Of a DNA stretch of 64,000 nucleotides, positions 1 to 11,213 are shown one piece after another. Numbering within the stretch: the stretch's first letter is position 1; each line of letters opens with the position of its first letter. The DNA comes from an uncultured bacterium (lineage in GTDB: Bacteria > Babelota > Babeliae > Babelales > Babelaceae): assembly GCA_963848965.1 (NCBI GenBank), contig CAWKFG010000004.1:672001-736000 (forward strand), written 5' to 3'. The notes below the pieces were generated by a model, which searched no databases, was not told where the DNA came from, and was given only the letters and a program-made list of their open reading frames with translations. The translations under genes were made by a program, and so were the position numbers.

Positions 1-1
1 C

Positions 2-1069
<1,068 letters not shown>

Positions 1070-1071
1070 GC

Positions 1072-1314
1072 ATGAACTTTACGCTTATTGGTCCTACAAG
1101 TTCGCAGACATTAGAAGTAAAATGGCTTGAAGTACAGACATTGCAAGGCAACTTTGTTATCAAGCCTGGCCATGCTCCTATGATTATTATTCTTGCTCCT
1201 AATAAAGAGATAAGTATGGAATTGAAAGATGGCTCTACAACGGTTATGACTGTTGTAGGTGGAATGTTAGAAGTTACACGAACAGATGTTACCTTATTGT
1301 TAACTCATGAATAA
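1072..1314 (+). CDS. atpC: ATP synthase epsilon subunit, N-terminal beta-sandwich only (80 aa)
   Basis: Directly after atpD; has the G.F.I.PGHAP and V.GG.LEV motifs; no C-terminal helical hairpin. Confidence 0.9.
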   Translation: MNFTLIGPTSSQTLEVKWLEVQTLQGNFVIKPGHAPMIIILAPNKEISMELKDGSTTVMTVVGGMLEVTRTDVTLLLTHE

Positions 1315-2902
1315 TATACTTGGTCATATTGTATCTGGATCACTTGCAGATGGGCTTATTATGAGAGTGAGTCCCCATGCGAATCTTGAAACGTTAAAAA
1401 CAGGAAAGTTTGTTTCAATTCATGGTGATCATAATAAATTTTTCTGTCTGATTACTGATTTAAAGCTTGAAGTTACACATCCTGATATTCTGTTATTCCC
1501 TCCATCGCATGAAGAAACACTTTTAAAGCAGGCACTGAAAACTAAAGATATGTATGCGACAGCTGTATTAAGGCCTATGCTTATGTTGAATGAAGAGAAG
1601 CCATTACCGGTAAAGACAATTCCGCCTCATTTTGCACCAGTAAAAGAAGCAACTGAGCAGGATATTGCTCATATTTTTGGTGATGAAAAAGAGCCGAGTA
1701 AACGGTACTTTACTATTGGTTGTCCACTTGATATGGAAGCTCCTGTCTGTCTTGATCTAGAGCGGCTTACAGAGCGAAGTAATGGCATTTTTGGAAAAAC
1801 GGGTACCGGTAAAACGTTTTTAACGAGGCTCGTTCTTGCAGGATTGGTACACAATGATAAAGCAGTAAATCTTATTTTTGATATGCATAGTGAATATGGG
1901 CTGCAAGCACGTAAAGAAGGATCTCATAATTCATTTGTTAAAGGGCTTAAAACGCTGTTTCCAGATAGGGTTGTAATATTTTCGCTTGATCCTGCATCTA
2001 CACGTAGACGTGGCGGTATGCCCGATGTTGAACTCACAGTATCTTATAGCTCTATTGCAGTAGAAGATATTATATCGCTTGATACTGAGCTTAATTTGCA
2101 TCCTACAGCGTATGAAGCTGCCTATTTAATTGCTGCAAAGTACAAGAAAAAGTGGCTTGAAGTATTTTTAGCAAGTGGGGACCGGCTTAAAGAGTTTGCT
2201 CAAGAGATTGGGGCACATCCAGAATCTATAGCAGCACTGTATAGAAAGTTGAAAACGATTGAACGGTTACCGTTCTTGCGAGTGTCAGAAGAGCAGAACG
2301 ATGTTATTGATAGAATGATAGAGTATATCGATAGAGGTATCTCTATTATTATTGAATTTGGCAATTTTACTTCAACGTTCTGTTATTTGTTGATTGCTAA
2401 TATCATAACAAGGCGCATTCACAGTTTGTATATGCAAAAAACTGAACATTTTTTAGGGACACAACGTAAGCAGGATGAGCCTAAAAAGTTGATGATAACT
2501 ATAGAAGAAGCACATAAATTTTTAAATCCGCAGGCTGCTCGACAAACGATTTTTGGCACTATTGCACGAGAAATGCGAAAATATTATGTTTCGTTGTTGG
2601 TAGTAGATCAGCGCCCTTCTGGCATAGATGCTGAAGTTCTGTCTCAAATTGGAACAAAGATTATTGCACAGCTCAATGATGAAAAAGATATACAAGCAGT
2701 ACTTAATGGTGTGAGCAATTCGTCGCAACTTCGTTCAGTACTTGCAGGTTTGGAGACAAAGAAACAAGTAGTGCTTTTAGGTCATGCTGTTGCAATGCCT
2801 GTTGTCATTCAAACACGTGAGTATGACGAAAAGTTTTACAAAGCAGTAATGCAGCCAGTACATGTTAAAGGCATTGACGAGCTTGTAAATGAGCTTTTTT
2901 AA
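1307..2902 (+). CDS. HerA/FtsK-superfamily ATPase (HAS-barrel + DUF87 HerA core)
   Basis: N-terminal barrel (LGHIVSGSL...GKFVSI); Walker A GKTGTGKT, DMHSEY, Walker B ITIEEAH, REMRKY and DQRPS. Overlaps atpC by 8 nt. Confidence 0.9.
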   Translation: MNNILGHIVSGSLADGLIMRVSPHANLETLKTGKFVSIHGDHNKFFCLITDLKLEVTHPDILLFPPSHEETLLKQALKTKDMYATAVLRPMLMLNEEKPLPVKTIPPHFAPVKEATEQDIAHIFGDEKEPSKRYFTIGCPLDMEAPVCLDLERLTERSNGIFGKTGTGKTFLTRLVLAGLVHNDKAVNLIFDMHSEYGLQARKEGSHNSFVKGLKTLFPDRVVIFSLDPASTRRRGGMPDVELTVSYSSIAVEDIISLDTELNLHPTAYEAAYLIAAKYKKKWLEVFLASGDRLKEFAQEIGAHPESIAALYRKLKTIERLPFLRVSEEQNDVIDRMIEYIDRGISIIIEFGNFTSTFCYLLIANIITRRIHSLYMQKTEHFLGTQRKQDEPKKLMITIEEAHKFLNPQAARQTIFGTIAREMRKYYVSLLVVDQRPSGIDAEVLSQIGTKIIAQLNDEKDIQAVLNGVSNSSQLRSVLAGLETKKQVVLLGHAVAMPVVIQTREYDEKFYKAVMQPVHVKGIDELVNELF

Positions 2903-3010
2903 AGGTATAATAACAATAATAGTCAATATATCGTATAGTTTTGCAAGCCTATGCTTGCTGAGTATATTTCTCTTACAAAATAAGGGAATATTATACATAA
3001 GGGGAACCAC

Positions 3011-4159
3011 ATGAAAGTAACATTTAAGCATATACTTACCATTGTATTGCTTATTCTTGGTACAAAAATACTCATCGGTTTTACATTCTTCAATGGTAAA
3101 AAAGTAATCAAAGAAGAAATTGTTGAATATACGCATACATTAATACCGGGAAGCACTGTAGAGATAAGCAACAGACTTGGTGACATTTCTATTTCTGGGT
3201 GGAATAAAGATACTATTTATGTTAAAGCAATAAAGAAGGCACCTCAAGATGAGCTTGCAGGTATTAAAATAGAAACGTACTTTACTGATAAGCAGGCACG
3301 AATTGTAACGCTTGGAAAAAGTTCAGAAAGCACACGATACTCAATCTCTTTTTTTTCATTCAATTTTTCAAAAGAAACCACTTCTACGCAAGTCGATTAT
3401 ATTGTCAAAGTACCTTATGACGCTCTTTTAAAATCTATAGCTACTAAAAATGGTGATATTATTATAAAAGATATAGATAATGTGGTTAATGCAACAACCG
3501 CTTTGGGAACCATAAAGGCTGAAAATATAAAAAAGGAGCTTTCTTTAAAATCGCAAAACGGTGATATAACATGCACTACAGTTGGAGGCCCTGTCGTTAT
3601 TGAAACAGCTCGGGGTGCTGTATCTGTTAAAGATGCCCTTTTATCGCTTACTATACATACAAGCAATGGTGATGTAAAAGTAGTACATAGTAAAGGACCA
3701 CTTACTGTTGGAACGGCACTAGGAAGTATAACTGGTTCTGATATTGAAAATGCAACCTTCCTTACAACAAAAAATGGCAATATAGAGCTTGAGCATAGAC
3801 ATGGACCTCTTACAGTAAGTACTGTACGAGGAAACGTAAAAGTACACAAACTTGATGGTCCTTCTACTATAAGTGCTACTAATGGAGATGTCTCTCTTAC
3901 ACAGCAAAGTCTTTCTAACACAAAGAAGATAGATATTCAGACTGTGCGTGGCTCCATTAAGCTTACTTTGCCAAAAACAGCTCAAGCTTCTCTACAAGCA
4001 AAAGCTCTTTCAGGAACTGTTAAGCTTACTCACTTTGATACAGCTCTTTTTAAAGAAAAGAGCTCTCGTGAAATTGAAGCTTTTATAGGAGGAAAAGAGA
4101 TACAAGAACCAAAGATTGTTCTTCAAACAACCAATGGTTCTATTACTGTCGGCTCTTGA
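3011..4159 (+). CDS. DUF4097 beta-strand repeat (putative adhesin) protein
   Basis: N-terminal hydrophobic segment, GDISISGW motif, many T.NG(D/N)I repeats, ends LQTTNGSITV; RBS AAGGGG. Confidence 0.85.
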   Translation: MKVTFKHILTIVLLILGTKILIGFTFFNGKKVIKEEIVEYTHTLIPGSTVEISNRLGDISISGWNKDTIYVKAIKKAPQDELAGIKIETYFTDKQARIVTLGKSSESTRYSISFFSFNFSKETTSTQVDYIVKVPYDALLKSIATKNGDIIIKDIDNVVNATTALGTIKAENIKKELSLKSQNGDITCTTVGGPVVIETARGAVSVKDALLSLTIHTSNGDVKVVHSKGPLTVGTALGSITGSDIENATFLTTKNGNIELEHRHGPLTVSTVRGNVKVHKLDGPSTISATNGDVSLTQQSLSNTKKIDIQTVRGSIKLTLPKTAQASLQAKALSGTVKLTHFDTALFKEKSSREIEAFIGGKEIQEPKIVLQTTNGSITVGS

Positions 4160-4165
4160 AAGTAC

Positions 4166-6319
4166 TCAACTCTTTTGTTGGTTACCAAAAAGAGTACTCC
4201 ACGTTTCTTTAAGAGAAAGAAGCAACCGGGTTCCACTAGGTAATTTTTGATAATAAGCATCAAGTATCTGTACAATTTCGGGTCTTTCATACGTCTGAGC
4301 ATACATGAGTGCTGTATAACCATAGATATCTCGAGTAGTAATATACTCTAGGGAAGGCGCTTGTTCGAGGATGCAGTTTACTATGTATGTATTTTTAAAT
4401 ATACAAGCCCATATTAAGAGCGTTTGGTGAAGCTCATTACATGAAGAAGTAAAATCGCGTTGCAGATGCATCTGACAATACTGTCTTGTATTTTCAAGGT
4501 ATGCTTGTACATCATCTCTTTGAAGCAATTTTAAAAGCAAGCACAAATCTTTGTATCTCTTTTCTCTCTTCAGTTTTGTAAAGGTATTATACAGTTCAAT
4601 ATCCATAATATCTTCGCGACCAACAATACCAGCTTCTTTATCAAGTAAAAGTGTTGCTATGTCAAGAGCATCTAAAGCTGCTGCATATGATAAAGCGCTT
4701 TTACCATCCTTATCAAACATGTCTATATGTGCTCCAGCAGATAAAAGAAATTCTACAAAGGGCTTATTTTTATGTTTTACTGCATACATTAAAGCTGTTT
4801 TACCACTTCTCCCTTTACCATTAATGTCTACTCCTAGTCTCACTAGATGTTTCACAATATGTGCTTTATTAGCGCTAGAATATTTTAAAAATTCGGTATT
4901 TCTATGCCTTTGCTGTGTAAGATCTTTGCCTAAAACTCTGTGCATAATTGCTCGATTGCCTACTCTCAGAGCTAAGCTTACAGGAGTTTCTCCTCTTTGA
5001 TCTTCACTATCAATAGAGGCACCATGTTCTATAAGAATATCTACAAGCTCTTTCCATTCTGCTTCTATTGCAATCATGAGCGGCGTTTTGCCATCTTCAT
5101 CAGGGGTATCACAGCTGATCCCTCGTTTTATAAGAAATTGTATCATATTCTTTTTGGCTTCGCTTTTCTCAACTCGTTCCCTAAGAAGATTTTCATCTTC
5201 AGTAGGTAGATCTAAAAGAAAGTTTTCCTTCTCTTTAGATACGCTACGTGGTGTATATTTTAATATACACATTTGATCTCGAAGAACGCGTACTACCAGT
5301 GGTTCCGACTGCGCATGAAGATCTGCACCTAACTGTAGCATCATAGCTACTAAAGGGATGTGCCCACAAAATATGCCCACTGTTAAAACTGAATTGCGCT
5401 CTTGCGATGTTCTTGCCAGCACTGCTGCTAGATCTGCATTACCTTTTTCAGCAGCATACATAAGAGCTTCTTTGCGGTTATGTAATGGTACATGATCAAC
5501 AAGCAAAAGTGCTATGTCCTTATTGCCTTGAACTACTGCTGATGTTAAGGCTTTTTCTGCTCTTACATCAAAACTCATAAGATTTCTAACGTGTTCAATC
5601 TGTCCTTTATACACCGCTCTCTTTAAAGCTTCTTCTACAGTACTGGTCATATCATAGGCATAAGGAGAATGTAGTTGCGACAGTTTCGCTACAATGCGCT
5701 TATGTCCTGCTTTTGCAGCACAAGTAAGAGCCGTATCTCCATCTAAAGACTTAATTGTACTCTCTGCTCCTGCCATAAGCAGTAAATCTACAACAGATTC
5801 ATGCCCTTTTTGAGCAGCAAGCATTAATGGTGTTACCCAAGAATCACCATAGTGGCAGCTTTCATCTACGCTTACAGTATGCATTAAAATTTCTTTTACT
5901 GCGCTTGCATCACCTTTTCCGACTGCAGTCATGAGCTGTGCTTGCAAAGATTTGCTCTGATAGGCATATGAGCCTCTATTATCAAAAACATCGTTAAAAA
6001 GCCTTTGGGTATCAACAGATCTACTTGCAAGTATTTCTAAAGCTCTATGCTGCTCAAAGCTACCCTTTTGCACTACCTCAATGAATGACTTACCGTGTAA
6101 AATGCTTGTAAGCTGCTCATTATCCTTTTTTTGTAACGCTCTCTCTAAAGCTTGTATATTGTGCTCATACGCATGCAAGAGAATACCACGACACTTGTCC
6201 ATGCGCTCTCCTCTCTCTTTTGTATAGTTTAGACAGCGTGGTAATGTGTGCTTTGTCTTTTCCATACCATAAGAAAGAGAGGTAAAAGTAATGAATAAAG
6301 CTACGATTTTCGTAACCAT
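4166..6319 (-). CDS. Exported ankyrin-repeat protein (717 aa)
   Basis: Signal peptide ending SYG-ME; TPLMLAAQKGH and GKTPLMIA repeats; shared C-terminal module QTLLIWACIF...DIYGYTALMYA; RBS AAGGAG. Confidence 0.92.
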   Translation of the reverse strand: MVTKIVALFITFTSLSYGMEKTKHTLPRCLNYTKERGERMDKCRGILLHAYEHNIQALERALQKKDNEQLTSILHGKSFIEVVQKGSFEQHRALEILASRSVDTQRLFNDVFDNRGSYAYQSKSLQAQLMTAVGKGDASAVKEILMHTVSVDESCHYGDSWVTPLMLAAQKGHESVVDLLLMAGAESTIKSLDGDTALTCAAKAGHKRIVAKLSQLHSPYAYDMTSTVEEALKRAVYKGQIEHVRNLMSFDVRAEKALTSAVVQGNKDIALLLVDHVPLHNRKEALMYAAEKGNADLAAVLARTSQERNSVLTVGIFCGHIPLVAMMLQLGADLHAQSEPLVVRVLRDQMCILKYTPRSVSKEKENFLLDLPTEDENLLRERVEKSEAKKNMIQFLIKRGISCDTPDEDGKTPLMIAIEAEWKELVDILIEHGASIDSEDQRGETPVSLALRVGNRAIMHRVLGKDLTQQRHRNTEFLKYSSANKAHIVKHLVRLGVDINGKGRSGKTALMYAVKHKNKPFVEFLLSAGAHIDMFDKDGKSALSYAAALDALDIATLLLDKEAGIVGREDIMDIELYNTFTKLKREKRYKDLCLLLKLLQRDDVQAYLENTRQYCQMHLQRDFTSSCNELHQTLLIWACIFKNTYIVNCILEQAPSLEYITTRDIYGYTALMYAQTYERPEIVQILDAYYQKLPSGTRLLLSLKETWSTLFGNQQKS

Positions 6320-6340
6320 AATAAGCTCCTTTCATTGAGT

Positions 6341-9300
6341 TTATAGAAGATAAGGAACAATTCCTTGATTTGCCTCTTTAGCACGTTCACTTGCTAAAAA
6401 CAGAAGTGCCCGTAGTATTTTTAAATTGTCTTGCTCTGCAGCAAGCTTTATTGCTCGAGCTATAGGCCGTGCTCCTTGGCCAAAAAGAGCACTTACTAAC
6501 GCTTCATCGCCTATAGATACTGCATAACATAAAGCAGTGTTACCTTTATTATCCTTCAGATGTATCCCGTTATCACAATATCGTGTAAGCAGTCGAGCAA
6601 CTTCAGTATGACCGTATAATGTTGCATACATTAAAGCCGTTCTTCCTAAGCAGTCTTGTGCATTAATAGAGCATTGAAGAACCGCCATTTGCAAGAATAA
6701 TTTTACGACTTCACTGTGCCCTACCATAGATGCCCACATAAGCACTGTTTGATTCTTAGTATTTTTTTGAGGCCTTGAATTTGCATGAGGAATATAATGT
6801 AAAGGATTAGCAAGATATGCTTGCATATCCTTTGCTTGAAGTAATTTTAAAAGCTCTAGGAGATGCTCATATCTTTCATAAAGATGTACTAAGGTACTAG
6901 CCTTTTCTTTGGATAGCACAGCTATGCGTCCTTTTATGGTTACCAATTTATCTTCAACGGCTGTACAACAGGAGTTATTTTCTTCCCTTTTTAAGAATAT
7001 ACGTGCTTCTATCGAATCTTGTGCTATAAGGTGTATTGCTGTCTCTATTTGATTATTACTTATAGCTGCTTTGAAAGCTGTTATGACAGTACCTACAGGA
7101 AGATGCTTTAGAAGAAGCTCTACTACTTGTGTTTGCCCTTGACATGCAGCAAGCATTATTGCGGTTCTTTGATAATTATCACGTGTGTGAAGAGATACCT
7201 CTCTTTCTAAAAACATCTGAACCGCTTCATAGTGACCGCTTTCTGCAGCAAGCATAAGACCTGTAGACCCATTACTATCCACCGTATTATTCATATCTAT
7301 ATGTGTATCAGAAAGCTCTTTTATGATCGATATCTTACCCACTGTGCAGGCCTGAAGAAAAAGAGCTTTTAAAGCAGCTCTTTTATCATGTTCATTTTCA
7401 AGTTTTTCTATAAGACCGAAGAGTATGTTCATCCGATCAAGTTTCAATGGTTTCAGAGCTGTAATTAAAGCAGCAACGTCCTGCCTATTGTTAATTTTGC
7501 TCTCTCTTTCAGAATGTAAAAGCATTAAAACAATTGCTTCATGGCCATTATGTACAGCTTGCATCAACGCTGTAAATCCTGCTTGATTACGAATAGTACT
7601 ATCTGCTTTATGAGCCAAAAGCGTTTCTACTACTTCCTTGTGACCATAGAAAGCAGCATAGAGTAATGCTGTATTTCTATCATTACATTGTGCGTTAATA
7701 TCAGCACCTCGAGCTATTAACAATCTAGCAATTTCGTTATGCCCACGTAAAGCAGCATACATAAGAAGCGTTTTACCTTTTTCATCTCTAATAGTGCTAT
7801 CTACACCAGCATCAAGCAGCAAGAGAACTATTTCTTTAAAGCCATAGTATACAGCTTCTGTCAAAGCACTTGCACAGCACCTGTTATGCACATTAATACC
7901 ATTTTTCAAAAGTAATACTACTAGCTCTTTGTATCCTCTTTCTACCGCTTTCATAAAAATTTGCACGAGTATATTATCAGAAAGTTTCTGTACTAAGCCA
8001 TCTGCGATTACCGTTTCTAAAAATGCCGTATTACGGCTGCTCATAGCATGAGAGAAAACATAGTACAACGTAGATGCTTTATCTACACTATGTTCAATGA
8101 TCTTTCTTACTATGCTGTTAAAGTTTTTATTTATCGCCTCTTTTAAGAGAGCACAGTCATCTTTACTGTCTATAGCAATGGGATCCCTTTGGTGTACCAG
8201 TACTTCTACTAACTCTTCATCATTCCTTTTTATAGCCTCTAATAACGGAACATTACCATAAGCACGTACAGAGATCCCCTGATCCATTAAGAGTTTTACA
8301 GCTTCGGGACAGCCATACTGAGCAGCTAGATGTAAAGCTTTTTTACCAAGCTCACTTTGAACATCTATAGCAACTCTATTTTTTAGAAATACTTCTACAA
8401 CTCGAGCATGGTTATTGTTAACTGCGCAGCTCAATGGAGAACGGTTCCAATAATTTTTAGCAGTAACGTCTGCACCATGAGCAAAGAGTGTTTCTACTAC
8501 ATCCTCATGTCCATGTTCTGCTGCACAGAATAAGGAAGTTTCTCCTAAGCTATTGCAAATATTAACATCTGCCCCTCCTTTTAGTAACAGCTCTACCACA
8601 TCTTTATGACCATTTTCTGCCGCACTTGCCAATACCGTACTATATCTGCTCTCAGTTTTTGCATTACTATCTGCTCCTCTATCGCAAAGCATTCGTACAA
8701 TATCATAGTATCCACCTGCAGCAGCCAGTAACAGGGGAGTACTAGTTCCTTGGACATTAACATTGGCACCTTTTTCTACAAGTACTGCAGCAACTTGCAG
8801 ATGGTTAGTCCTAAGAGCTACAATTAATGCAGTATCTTTTTTACTATTTTGACAATCAATAGCTGCACCGTGTTCTACAAGTAGAATTGCCACTTCTTTA
8901 TGCCCATGACGTGCTGCATAAAATAAAGGCGTATTTCCTTTTTTATCTGTAGCATTAACATGTGCACCATGTTTTATAAGCATATCTACTACTTCAATTG
9001 AACTTCCTTGTGCAGCATACATAAGTGCAGTTATACCTGCTGCATCTATCGCATTACTATCTGCCCCTCTATGCAACAAAAGTTCTACTACTTTTTTACA
9101 GCTTCCTTGAACAGCTACAAAAAGGAGCTTATGCAGTTTCTTTACATCACAGTTTATTATCTTTACCAGCTCCTTATCTTCTGCTAACTCGAGCAATAAA
9201 GCAGCTGCTTCTAAGCAATCGTATTTTACTAAAGATAGGAGGCACTGCTTTTTATAATCATCTGAAAGAGTAATAATGTGATGGACAATCAGTTCTCTAG

Positions 9301-10858
9301 ACTCTTTTGGTGCGTCTTTTATAGCAGTCGCCAACTCATTGCTATACAATACGACATCTATTTTTATCTCTGCTCCTTTGTTGAGTAGTATCTCAACTAT
9401 TTCTCTATGATTTTTCTTTGAAGCATAATCTAAGGCAGTTGTACTTCTACCCAAGTGATCTTTTGAACGTACTTGAGCTCCTTTTTGTAAGAGTAATGTT
9501 ACAAGCTCTTTATTTCCTTTCACGGCTGCACACATCAAAGGTGTTTTACCACTAGAATCTTTCATGTTAACATGTGCGCCTCTTGCAAGAAGCTTTTCAG
9601 CTAAAACAGCTCGACCACCCATAACCGCTGCTAGCAAAGCTATATTCAAAAGAGTTTTATCGCCAGGTTGAGAATTGAGTATAGCACCCACTGGTAGTGA
9701 ACAATATAATCTTTGTTCTATAGTACCATTGCTAGCACAATCTTTTTCATTAAAATTTTTATCTAATTTTAATAACTTTTCTACAAGTGCTATACGGCCC
9801 TCCTGCGCAGCTCCAACTACTGCAAGTGCTAACGCTAGTCTTTTATGAGAACTTCTTTGTATAATAGTATAGATAAAGTCTTCAGATCCCCATTTTGCAA
9901 TTTCTGTAAGCACAGTAGTACGAATATCATAATTTTCGTTCATATAATCTGCACCGCGCTCTATAAGAAATTGTGCAACCTCTTTATGTCCATTTAAAGC
10001 AGCACAGAGAAGAGCAGGTTCACCAAAAATCTCTGTGCCATTAACTTTTGCTCTGTTTTCTACAAGAAACTTTACTGCTTCAAGATTACCAGTTTCAGCA
10101 ACTCTCATGAGCGCAGTTTTATTATTATAACATGTACGTTCCCAATAAGAAGTATTACACTGTAAAAGAGATATAATTGCTCCTTTACATCCAGCTTTTA
10201 TAGCCTCTTCTAAAAGAGCATAGAACTGTTCAAAGTTAATTTCTATTTGTAAAAAACTATTTTTCTTATGCGTTTCTGCTTCTTTTGAACTTCTTTCTAA
10301 AAGCAGAATAACTACTGTATAGTGATTATTTTTTAATGCCAACTCAAGAGCGGTATCACCTTCAGTATCGCGGGTGGTACTATCTGCACCAAGATCCAAC
10401 AGCTTCTCTACTAATTTTATTTTTCCTCCTGCAGCAGCTTTAAGTAAAGCAGTGCCTAAAGCTTGTTTTTTATTTTTACTGCTCTTTATAAAAGCAAGCA
10501 CAAGGTCTTCATAACCATTATAAGCAGCAGCACTCAGCGCAGTATCTCCAGTTTTATTACATAACGCACTATTTGCACCTTTTTCTTTAAGAAAAAATGC
10601 TGTTTCGCACTGGCCTGCTTTTATAGCAAAAAGCAACGGAGTATTGCCTTCCTCATCTTGACTATTTATGTCAGCACCTATAGCAGTAAGCCTCTTTATC
10701 TGCTCAATATCTCCTTCTTTTGCAGCATTTCTTATGTGTTTGTGTATTTCCTTGAATGGATCATCAAGTTTAAATACCTTAAAGACCTTAGGAGGTCTAT
10801 TCATACTAGAGGCAGGGAAAGCACAAAGGAGTGGGAGAAGGATTAAAAAATATACCAT
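6341..10858 (-). CDS. Giant exported ankyrin-repeat protein (~1505 aa)
   Basis: Start moved to MVYFLILL (signal peptide, RBS AAAGGG). Dozens of G.T(P/A)L..AA..GH repeats plus the shared C-terminal module. Confidence 0.93.
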   Translation of the reverse strand: MVYFLILLPLLCAFPASSMNRPPKVFKVFKLDDPFKEIHKHIRNAAKEGDIEQIKRLTAIGADINSQDEEGNTPLLFAIKAGQCETAFFLKEKGANSALCNKTGDTALSAAAYNGYEDLVLAFIKSSKNKKQALGTALLKAAAGGKIKLVEKLLDLGADSTTRDTEGDTALELALKNNHYTVVILLLERSSKEAETHKKNSFLQIEINFEQFYALLEEAIKAGCKGAIISLLQCNTSYWERTCYNNKTALMRVAETGNLEAVKFLVENRAKVNGTEIFGEPALLCAALNGHKEVAQFLIERGADYMNENYDIRTTVLTEIAKWGSEDFIYTIIQRSSHKRLALALAVVGAAQEGRIALVEKLLKLDKNFNEKDCASNGTIEQRLYCSLPVGAILNSQPGDKTLLNIALLAAVMGGRAVLAEKLLARGAHVNMKDSSGKTPLMCAAVKGNKELVTLLLQKGAQVRSKDHLGRSTTALDYASKKNHREIVEILLNKGAEIKIDVVLYSNELATAIKDAPKESRELIVHHIITLSDDYKKQCLLSLVKYDCLEAAALLLELAEDKELVKIINCDVKKLHKLLFVAVQGSCKKVVELLLHRGADSNAIDAAGITALMYAAQGSSIEVVDMLIKHGAHVNATDKKGNTPLFYAARHGHKEVAILLVEHGAAIDCQNSKKDTALIVALRTNHLQVAAVLVEKGANVNVQGTSTPLLLAAAGGYYDIVRMLCDRGADSNAKTESRYSTVLASAAENGHKDVVELLLKGGADVNICNSLGETSLFCAAEHGHEDVVETLFAHGADVTAKNYWNRSPLSCAVNNNHARVVEVFLKNRVAIDVQSELGKKALHLAAQYGCPEAVKLLMDQGISVRAYGNVPLLEAIKRNDEELVEVLVHQRDPIAIDSKDDCALLKEAINKNFNSIVRKIIEHSVDKASTLYYVFSHAMSSRNTAFLETVIADGLVQKLSDNILVQIFMKAVERGYKELVVLLLKNGINVHNRCCASALTEAVYYGFKEIVLLLLDAGVDSTIRDEKGKTLLMYAALRGHNEIARLLIARGADINAQCNDRNTALLYAAFYGHKEVVETLLAHKADSTIRNQAGFTALMQAVHNGHEAIVLMLLHSERESKINNRQDVAALITALKPLKLDRMNILFGLIEKLENEHDKRAALKALFLQACTVGKISIIKELSDTHIDMNNTVDSNGSTGLMLAAESGHYEAVQMFLEREVSLHTRDNYQRTAIMLAACQGQTQVVELLLKHLPVGTVITAFKAAISNNQIETAIHLIAQDSIEARIFLKREENNSCCTAVEDKLVTIKGRIAVLSKEKASTLVHLYERYEHLLELLKLLQAKDMQAYLANPLHYIPHANSRPQKNTKNQTVLMWASMVGHSEVVKLFLQMAVLQCSINAQDCLGRTALMYATLYGHTEVARLLTRYCDNGIHLKDNKGNTALCYAVSIGDEALVSALFGQGARPIARAIKLAAEQDNLKILRALLFLASERAKEANQGIVPYLL

Positions 10859-11213
10859 TTCAGCCCTTTCTTTTTTAATCATAGAAAAAGGTACTGTGCT
10901 ATACAATTACTATAGTTCTTATCAAACAGGTTTATTATATAGAAAGAACTGAAAACTACAAGAGTTAATTATTTATAGCGCCAATTAAGACTATCGCTTA
11001 TTGATACAGCTATTAGGGATACTTTTTTTATGCAACAAAAATTCTTTTGGCATGAAAGGAGCACATAGCAACACGTTATAACCTTATGCCACCGTTCTTT
11101 TAAGCGTAGGTAAAAGATTCTGCACTATTCTTTATAAAGTAGTGCTTCTCTTCTTCTATTGCTTGAAAGAAAAGGCACCTCTATATTCTCTAATAATCCT
11201 TAAAAACTAGATT

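Noticed and set aside
1307..2902. HerA as part of a Sir2-HerA or DUF4297-HerA defence system
   Set aside because: No partner effector gene is adjacent; the context is housekeeping.
3415..3921. 168-aa minus-strand ORF
   Set aside because: Antisense shadow of the DUF4097 repeat gene.
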